Of a DNA stretch of 64,000 bases, positions 53,487-62,030 are shown piece after piece (within the stretch, counting starts at the first letter, position 1; every line of letters starts with the position of its first letter). Where the stretch lies: positions 25,792,001 through 25,856,000 of the forward strand of contig OZ024744.1 of the NCBI GenBank assembly GCA_964016885.1. The letters run 5' to 3'. A model generated the notes under the pieces. The model was not told the origin of the DNA, made no database searches, and saw only the letters and a list, made by a program, of their open reading frames with translations. A program made the position numbers and the translations under genes. This stretch comes from Eledone cirrhosa (lineage: Eukaryota).

Positions 53487-56400
53487 ATGACCTCACTCAG
53501 AATAGGCAGCATAAATGCGCGTGGCTTGGGGTCGTCATGGAAGCAGGGTCACCTGCTCAACGACCTCAGGTCACTAAACATAGATGTAGTGGCCATCAGC
53601 GAGACCAGAATCTCCGAAGCACGGGCCTTCGCACCGATCTGTGTACGCATCACCCAGCCGTCCTGGATCGGGGGGGGGGGGAGTTGCTGTGCTTTTTCGG
53701 AGAGGTTTGGATCTCGCCATACGGGCCATCTTCCTGGACCCAGAGGGTAAGCTGGTGGTGCTGGACGTGACCAGCGGAGACGGGCAAGCTTTCAGGCTAG
53801 TGGCCGTCTATGCCCCGACAGAAGCAGGGCGGCCTGATTTCTTCCGGCGTCTGGAGGCCTTTCTTGGAACGTCCCGCTCTTTAGTGTTAATGGGCGACTG
53901 GAACGGGATCTTAGATGCACGCTGGGACTGTGTGGAATTAGCGGATAGGGGTGGAGGGTGCAAGAGCCTCACCAACCTGATCAGGCGTTTTGAAATGTCT
54001 GACAGGTACCGATTGGATTTCCCGAATGTGCCAATGTGGACTTGGACAAATCGCATAGGGTCATCCAGATCATATCTAGATAGAGTATTTTGTAGGGAAA
54101 TAGATAGGTCTAGCATAGGCTGTCCACAATTCAAGATAGTCAGCTACACGGACCACAAATTCGTAATCTGTGTGCTTGACTTAGATAGGCTTCATAGACG
54201 AGGACCCGGCTACTGGAAGCTAAACGCGTCCTTACCAGCGCGCAAGGCCTACAGAGACCGGATTAGAGAACTAGTTAAGCGGGCGTTGACGGGGGCCATC
54301 GTCAACAACAAGTGGTGGTTTGCTCTGAAAAGAGCAATTAGAATAGAATCGATTAGGTTTAGTAAAGCTTTAGTAATAGAGAAAAATAGAGCAGAGGTAG
54401 AACTAGTTAGAAAATTAGACGAGGCGCTTAGCAAAGGCATTGCGACCGACGTGCTTGCGGCGAAATTGGCCCTTGACCAATTCTTCAATGCAAAGCACGA
54501 AGGCTGCGTTGTCAGAGCAAGGGTGCGTGCTCTCAGACACGAGGGGACGAAAGCCGTTCAATGGGCCCGAGTGGCGGAGGCGCGTCGTGGCAACAAAGCC
54601 ACGATCCGGTCTTTGGTGGACCACGACGGGCGCATGCTACTCGATCCCGGGCAAATGTGTGAAGCTTTTCAGCGACACTTCGCTCAGCTGTTCCGGCGCA
54701 GCGGTGGGCCGGGTCGAGGGATGGACTTTAGTGTCTACCTCGACGGACTGCCGCGGCTCTCGGCCACTGAGGCGAAGTGTTGCGAAAAGCCGATAACAGC
54801 CGCTGAAGTAAGGGAGGCAATGACTGGCTGCACAAGGGGTAAATTGCCTGGTTTGGATGGTCTGCCCTATGAACTTTACGTACAGATGCCAGACTTGTTC
54901 GGAGGCCTCTTGGCGGACGTCTACTGCAACTGGCAACAGAACGGGAGAATTCCCAGTTCTGTGAGCCGAGGAGCGGTGGCACTGCTGAGAAAGGATCCGA
55001 ACAAGGGGGATAACATAGATAATTTCCGGCCCATAACTCTGCTAGACACAGAGTTCAAGATTTTGGCCAAGGTGCTAGCAAAGAGGTTGGCGCTTGTCGT
55101 TGGTGGTCTGGTGGGAGAGGCGCAGACATGCGCCATTCCCGACAGATCCATCCACGACAACCTCCACCTCATGCGATACATCGTAGAGAGGGTAGCTAAG
55201 GAACCTGGCACGGGTGGGACCTTGATCAATTTAGATCAGTCGAAAGCTTTCGATAGGGTCGACCATCGTTACCTAGCGGCAGTCCTGAGGGCGGCTGGCT
55301 TTGGGCCCGTCTTCAGAGGCTGGATCGTTGCCATGCACAGCGACATCTGCTCTGTGGTGAGAGTGAACGGTCACCTGTCGGAACCGTTCAACATCATGCG
55401 CTCGGTCCGCCAAGGATGTCCCCTCTCGTCCCTCTTGTACGTATTGACTCTCGAGCCATTACTGCACAAACTGGAGACGTTGAGGGGAGTCCCGCGCGAA
55501 CTAGGATGCGGAAGATCCGTGTCAGCATATGCGGACGATGTCACCGTAGTGGTGTCGAACGCCAAACACATCGAGGTGATCGGCACTACACTAAGAGAAT
55601 ACGAAGCGGTGACAGGAGCAATGATCAACCAGGAAAAGTCAGTGGGCCTGCAGCTCGGCACCTGGAGAGGCAGTTCCATGCCGTCCAACAGCGTCGTCGG
55701 AGGTGGCTAACGCGTACATCGCGTCTGTCATCTGCTACCGCCTGACCGTCGTACCTTGTCCTAAGCCTCGCCTGACTGCGCTGGAGCGTTTGCTCTTTCG
55801 CTTTTTGTGGAAGGGACGCGCTCCGATGGTCAGGCGGTCCATCTGTTGTCAACACCCGCTACGTGGAGGGCTGGGCATGCCGTGGCTGATGATGCGCAGG
55901 CACGCGCTCAGGCTACGACATCTCCACCTCTTCCTCGACGGTGATCAGGTGTGGTCGCCGTTTGCTAGACACGTATTTCCCCAGCTCTTTTCCTTGACGG
56001 AGCTGCAGTCCTGGGTCAAGCGAAGACCGAGAGGAAGCGCCTGGAGACTGGAATGTCTTCAGGCGCTCACAGCCCCCGACCAATCGGGCAATGTGATCGG
56101 TGGAAACTCCACCTCGGCGTTCTATAGAGGATTAGTGGAGGGGAAGAGCGACGACGTACTTGGGGAAACTCTAGGCGTCGACGAAAATCAACTAGCCAAT
56201 CTCTTCGGAAGAACTTTCGGGCCAGGGCCTATGGACAACTTCCAGAAATCTCTGGCCTGGCAGTGCTACCGAGGAGCCTTGCCAGTTCGGGATAAACTCT
56301 ACAGGCATGGAGGTGCCGTCAGCCGGGCATGTCCGAGATGCGCACAGGGCGACGAAACCGTCCTGCACGCACTCGTCCAGTGTCCGAAAATCGCTGACTT

Positions 56401-56714
56401 GTGGGTTTATGTCGAACACCTGCTGTCGCGTTTAGGACGGATCCGGCTATCATCTGAGTCCATCCTTTAGCCGGGAAGGGCAGGCAGTTTTTATCTGTCT
56501 GGTGGCCATGGCGAAAGAGATAGTATGGTGGACAGGGCTGAAGACGAACACTTACCTCTTCGGTGATGCTCTGATTGACTTTTTCAAATTTCATTTGAAA
56601 AGGAAAATCAGAGTAGAGAGGGAAGTGCTCTCTTCCCAGCATTTTGTTGAAAGATGGGTGAGAGAAGCAAGAATGGCCCGAGTGAATGGGCCTACTCTGA
56701 GTATATATCTGTAA
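53487..56714 (+). pseudogene. ORF2 (APE-RT-CCHC) of copy E, the least decayed copy (689-aa open stretch)
   Basis: MTSLRIGSINARGLG, GDWN, TDH, FRPITLL, DQSKAFDRVDH, RQGCPLS, YADD, CPRCAQGDETVLHALVQC. Deletions near 53640, 55700 and 56463. Confidence 0.95.
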
Positions 56715-56964
56715 ATTAAAGGTGGAAAACTGGGAGAGGGTACTTGCCTTGGTGGTCAGGGTCATTGTGGCTTTTTACTGGGCTTTCTCCACAAATGTCC
56801 CTCCGAAGTCTCCCCCCTATTGGGGAATTTTTCATTGTTATTTTTTGTTACACCCTCTTTTTTTTTTTTTTTTACACGCAAAAATGCCCATTTGTACCGT
56901 CCTGTATTGTCCTGCACTGTCCTTAATGTCTACTTTATGTAAACCCTTGAGGTTAATAAAGAAA

Positions 56965-56966
<2 letters not shown>

Positions 56967-57059
<93 letters not shown>
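56967..57059. repeat. Compound microsatellite (ATT)16(AGT)15
   Basis: Read directly. Confidence 0.98.
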
Positions 57060-57060
<1 letters not shown>

Positions 57061-57201
57061 TAGAGTTTGATCAACAAAGTCCCAGACCTCATTCGCCAAT
57101 CGCGTGGGGGTGGAACTCGTCAAAGGAAACCATGTTACCATTGGTTTTTCCAACTGCTGATATTACCTATCGATCGCAACTCATGGCAAAACAATAACAT
57201 T

Positions 57202-57290
57202 ATTATAATAAGGTACTTTGCCTTTCATCCTTACGGGGTCGATAAAATAAAGTACCAGTAATTGCTGGCCTTGTGCCAATTATAATAAGG
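57202..57290 (+). mobile_element. Internally deleted SINE remnant flanked by 12-bp direct repeat ATTATAATAAGG
   Basis: ACTTTGCCTTTCATCCTTACGGGGTCGATAAAATAAAGTACCAG and CTGGCCTTGTGCC match my recollection of the central domain and tail of abundant octopus tRNA-derived SINEs (not verified). The direct repeats at 57202-57213 and 57279-57290 are seen directly. Confidence 0.65.
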
Positions 57291-57495
57291 CACTCCAAGA
57301 TATTACCTTTTCACATAAAGTTCAATATATTCCTCAATTTTATGAAGTTATGCACCACGAAAAGCCTTAGGCGTAATTGAAACTTTCCTTTAAATATAAG
57401 GATATTGCCAAAACTTCCTATATTTTATTTCAGTTTACTTTTCACAGAGAAAAAATAAAAAAAATATTTCCAAGAAACAGTTTTAAAGTTAACTA

Positions 57496-58582
57496 TGAGT
57501 GAGCTTCAAAACATTCTTAGAAGTACATAGGTAAAAATCATATGCAGAGATTTTGATCTCGTACTAACGTGTCATAACATGTTCTAACATGAATCCTTTA
57601 ATGCATATTGCAACGTGGCACCACCAGTTGTAAGTCAGCACCATTCAGCAACATGGCCTCGATCAAAACATCAATTCCATGGTGAAGCTAAGGTGGGAGA
57701 GCAACCAAATCATTGACGCTCTCGAGCAAGTTTATGGGGGCAATGTGCCAAATAAATCAACAATCTACAAATGGATAAGTTGTTTTAGAAGTGGAAGAGA
57801 TGAGGGTGAAGTTGATCCCCAGCAGAAGATGTAAAAATAAGCTGCTTTGACATGGTTTAAATCACATGGCCCTCATGTTTACACAGCTGGACTTAAAGGC
57901 TGGTATCCACGGTTGTTTGACACGGTTTAAATCACATGGGCCTCAGTTTTACACAAATGGACTTAAAGGCTGGTATCCACGGTTGTTTGACATGGTTTAA
58001 ATCACATGGGCCTCAGTTTTACACAAATGGACTTAAAGGCTGGTATTAACGGTTGTTTGACATGGTTTAAATCACATGGCCCTCATGTTTACACAGCTGG
58101 ACTTAAAGGCTGGTATCAACGGTTGTTTGAGATGGTTTAAATCACATGGCCCTCATGTTTACACAGCTGGACTTAAAGGCTGGACTCAATGGTTGTTTGA
58201 CATGGTTTAAATCACATGGCCCTCAGTTTTACACAGCTGGACTTAAAGGCTGGTATCAATGGTTGTTTGAGATGGTTTAAATCACATGGCCTCAGTTTTA
58301 CACAGATTGACTTAAAGGCTGGTATCAACGGTTATTTGACATGGTTTAAATCACATGGGCCTCAGTTTTACACAGATGGACTTAAAGGCTGGTATCAACG
58401 GTTGTTTGACATGGTTTAAATCACATGGGCCTCAGTTTTACACAGATTGACTTAAAGGCTGTTATCAATGTTTGTAGAAGTGTATTGACGTAGATGGAGC
58501 ATATGCTGGAAAATAAACATCATAATTTAAACCTTTTTTTTCCAACTGTCCTTTTTCCCACGAACATTTTGAAGCCCCCTCG
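57496..58582 (+). mobile_element. Internally deleted mariner transposon, Hsmar2/irritans-like
   Basis: Left TIR TA|TGAGTGAGCTTCAAAACATTC and right TIR GAACATTTTGAAGCCCCCTCG. N-terminal HTH NINSMVKLRWESNQIIDALEQVYGGNVPNKSTIYKW at ~57667-57820. C-terminus AALTWFKSHGPQFYTDGLKGWYQRL...KCIDVDGAYAGK*. The catalytic domain is deleted. Confidence 0.85.
57846..58475. repeat. Minisatellite of 9 x 70 bp inside the mariner
   Basis: TTTGA recurs at 57846, 57916, 57986, 58056, 58126, 58196, 58266, 58335 and 58405. Confidence 0.95.
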
Positions 58583-58794
58583 CATTATTGCTGTAAATAC
58601 GTTGTTTCCTGAATGAACCACTTTATTTGAACACTCTAGGATCAACAATACCGCCATTATCACGCATATAACAGTACGGCTCCTAGTAGCATCTCCAGCC
58701 GATGTTTTATTTGAACCAGTTACAAAAGAGCATTTCCAGTTGATGTTTTTCTCATACCCAGAAAACTATAAAGGATTTAACATATTCTTGTCTC

Positions 58795-59329
58795 AATAGT
58801 GAGCGAGTAAATTTTCTCATTAAATTTAAACGTGTGACTCTTTAGGGTAGTTTTAATACTAGCCCCTACTGCATGTGCGATCATTTTTCTCACCTGATCG
58901 TTGTTCTTTGTTGTCCGTATGGCTTTGCTCCACCCATTCATCCTATGAGAATCTTTTCAGACATTGAAATTATGGTCTTGGGTGGGGTCTACCTCTTATA
59001 GGTATACTGGGGGAGAAACCGTTAAGTTGATAATTATCTAGGTATTCGGTGTCATAAGTAAGTCTAAATAGGAGGCCCAGTTCATCTGTGTCAACGTCAT
59101 AGAATTTTACTTCACTCACTGATTATTTCCACACATTTTTCTACAGCAAAATCAATGTCAACAGATGAGTACAGTAACACTACATCCATAGTGCCTATTA
59201 TGCAGTTAGTTAAGTTTTTGTTGTTGTTGCATTCATTGATTCTGCTGAGGAGGTCCTCCATGCTGTCACATACATCTGGGGACATCTTTATTATGGGGTG
59301 TACAAGCATAGAGAGGAAGTAGGAGATCC
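58795..59329 (-). pseudogene. Penelope-like element reverse transcriptase fragment
   Basis: ISYFLSMLVHPI...IIGTMDVVLLYSSVD (PLE-type motif A region) and VRKMIAHAVGASIKTTLKSHTFKFNEKIY (region preceding motif B'). Confidence 0.7.
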
Positions 59330-59330
59330 A

Positions 59331-59780
59331 TTAGTTTAAAGATTAAAGTGGGAGAAAAGCCAGGTACTAGAATTAAATCCCTGATCAGCAAGACTTACAC
59401 CTTTAAGAAAGGGGTACGAATAAGAAATGTGTTATATGTAGAATATATTCACAATTAAATTGTAAAACTAGAAATGTAGTCTATAGCATAACATGTACAG
59501 AAGGTACTTGCAGAAACTTGAAAACGACATACATAGGTGAGACAGCCCATAGCATAGGAGAGAGATTAGACCAACACTGGGGGAACTAAAAGGACAAAAA
59601 GACAGTTCTCATTAAATTTCGGTACTATATGAACACATCAGACTAAAACATGATGGTAGTATAGATAACCTAGAAATTGAAATAATATCTAAACATAGAA
59701 ATGACTCAACGGACAGACAAATCAGAGAATCAACTGAAATAGAACTAAGAAAACCAAAGTTGAACAGAAAAAAATGAATG
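59331..59780 (+). pseudogene. Penelope-like element GIY-YIG endonuclease fragment
   Basis: KIKVGEKPGTRIKSL, CVIC, NCKTRNVVYSITC...TYIGETAHSIGERLDQH...LYEH...RQIRESTEIELRKPKLN. Confidence 0.85.
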
Positions 59781-60024
59781 TTGATCAGAAAAAACAACAA
59801 CAACCATGCACAAACACACAATAATGACTTAAGATAAATATAAATAAATAAATATACACAAGTACAATAACAACAACCACACATAAACACACACACTAGT
59901 GAGCAAACACAGATTCAGACATGGAAACACACCAAACAGAAAACACACAGACAAATGCAAGCGCATATAGAGACAAGAATAAATAAATAAATAATAGAAT
60001 TGACATTACAATACAATGGAAGGA

Positions 60025-60070
60025 AACCACTGATGATGTCACAGATGTGTGATGAAAGAAGTTTGATAGA
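60025..60070 (+). ncRNA. Degenerate type I hammerhead ribozyme motif downstream of the Penelope-like endonuclease
   Basis: CTGATGA (60030-60036), stem II GTCACA-GATG-TGTGAT, GAAA (60054-60057). Stems I and III are imperfect. The position fits PLE pseudo-LTR hammerheads. Confidence 0.6.
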
Positions 60071-60309
60071 TTATATATACATATTTATATCTATGTTTTT
60101 AATAGTTGGTCAATCAATTATTGATTGCCAGCTAAATTAATTATAGAGATATAAAAGATACAGAAGCGAATCCAAACCAAACCAAACAGTGAGAGTGTTT
60201 TATTATTATTTCTGGCAATATGATAACAAATTGACCCTCTCCAAATATAACAATATTTGTTTCAACACACGATTTCATACCAAAAAGCTTGCAAAACAAA
60301 TTCATCGCC

Positions 60310-60317
<8 letters not shown>

Positions 60318-60367
<50 letters not shown>
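60318..60367. repeat. (TA)n(GA)n microsatellite
   Basis: Read directly. Confidence 0.97.
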
Positions 60368-60501
60368 TATAAGATAGTAAGATCGTAAAGATATAAGATA
60401 GTAATTAATGACTATCTTTCACTATTTGGGGTTTATATATAAAAAATATATAACCATAAAAGTTTTTATTATATACATAACCATAAATAGTATCCTTAAT
60501 A

Positions 60502-60503
<2 letters not shown>

Positions 60504-60595
<92 letters not shown>
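60504..60595. repeat. (TA)~46 microsatellite
   Basis: Read directly. Confidence 0.98.
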
Positions 60596-60596
<1 letters not shown>

Positions 60597-61149
60597 TAGC
60601 AGAAGTACCCGGGCGTAAGTCGACCTTTGGTCTGTTAGAATGTGTGAAAGTTACTTCCCGCGCATCACAGGTTCAAAACTTCAAACTTCAATGAAAAAAA
60701 AATAGGTTAGTAGACACAGGTGTGTAATTTATTAATTGTAGTTACACAGTGTATCGTTGAAATTGTTCTCTGCACGACTGACGGAAGTCAAAATCGCTTG
60801 ATATTGAATGTTCAGTTAATTTAAAGCAGGGTGAAAATGTCGATTACTTTCAGGGTTTTTTATTTTTTACAATTTTTGCGCTCACATGTGCAGAAGAAGA
60901 ATTAAAAGGGCCTTTATCTTAACCGCGGCATAATGGCGAGTCTTTTGTGACAGTTTTCAAGAATATAGGACGTTCCTGTAAAAAGTTTTCCCATGTGTAA
61001 CTTTGCCTTGTTTTTTTGCGCAAAGTCGAGCCCCGCTTCAGTTTTATTGATTTTTTACATCAATGCGTGATCTCTGAAGTAGATTTGAGTAGCTAAAAAC
61101 CTGTCCTGGTAAATTTGCTATAGGTGAAAAAAAGTTGATCAAAATTGTA

Positions 61150-61651
61150 TATAGGGTTATTGCCCTTTGCCACAGCCTCAAGCCTCGTCTGACGGGATGT
61201 TGGTGATTCCTCCGTCAGCGCTTGTTAGCGACGAAGGCGAACATCAGCAAGCCTTGTCGTACGTGATGTTGGTGACTCAACCAGCCGGGAAAGACGTCTA
61301 TCAGCGAGTCGAGATTTGCGCTCAGCAGCTGTTTCCTAGAGAAAATTAATTCATTCTACTGGTTAGCTAAGCCAATGGCAGTGTCAATAGTAAATGAGAA
61401 AAGTCTAACATGAACAAAAGGGAATCAAGGTAAGACAATAAATTTAATATAACTACGATTAGAATGTTGTAGTTGCTTAAAAGTGGTGACAGTTAGGATA
61501 AACGCAGTACTTGCTAACATTAAAGGAGAATATTCCATAAAGGATTAATCAATTGTGAATGAACTCATACCTGAGAACGCCTAATTCGTTGTCTCAAAGC
61601 AGTAGCTGTACCTTTTTTGGAGGTAAGTCTTGAACGTTTCCGTGTGGGCAT
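61150..61651 (-). pseudogene. Spliced remnant of a Helitron-type N-terminal protein with STPR-like 23-aa repeats
   Basis: Exon 61651-61571 reads MPTRKRSRLTSKKGTATALRQRIRRSQ. Phase-0 intron GTATGA...CTAAC...TTTTCTCTAG (61570-61336). Next exon reads ETAAERKSRLADRRLSRLV-ESPTSRTTRLADVRLRR*QALTE-ESPTSRQTRLEAV. Confidence 0.65.
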
Positions 61652-61775
61652 AACGACGTGTAACGAAGCTGTTAGGTTAGAGAGAGGTGATTAAATACAG
61701 AGAGAGATGACACCAGATTCGTTAGCATGGTTACTGGTGAATGGGAAGGTTTGGAAATATGATTACAATAACTTA

Positions 61776-62030
61776 CCGAATTTTCCGGTCTATAAATTAC
61801 ACTTAAAATAATTAAATTTAATCAAAAAACAGCTCTGCGTTTTATACTCCGGTGAGCCTTATGTATAAATAATAAAATGGTAATCAATTACGGCTCTAAC
61901 AGAAGTAATAGATCTAGACTAAAAGTAAAGAAGATAGCATTTTCCTGGTTGGCCTTACACGCTGTTGCGCGGACCTGATTTTAAATGATACGCGTTATAT
62001 CCTGGTGAGCCTCATAGAGCGGAAAATATC
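61776..62030. mobile_element. Tc1/pogo-like MITE remnant nested in the Helitron
   Basis: TA|CCGAATTTTCCGGTCTATA at the left and CATAGAGCGGAAAATATC|TA at the right form imperfect TIRs. Internal repeated motif TTATAnnCnGGTGAGCCT at ~61842 and ~61995. Confidence 0.55.

Larger units (their letters stand above)
51136..56966 (+). mobile_element. Tx1/L1-like non-LTR retrotransposon copy E, apparently full length (~5.8 kb) with internal deletions
   Basis: 5' UTR, ORF1 and ORF2, with 3' UTR ending GGTTAATAAAGAAATC. (ATT)n on both flanks. Confidence 0.94.

Noticed and set aside
57846-58475. Regular 70-bp repeats as a possible CRISPR array
   Set aside because: Units are contiguous with no unique spacers, there are no cas genes, the context is eukaryotic, and the unit derives from mariner coding sequence.
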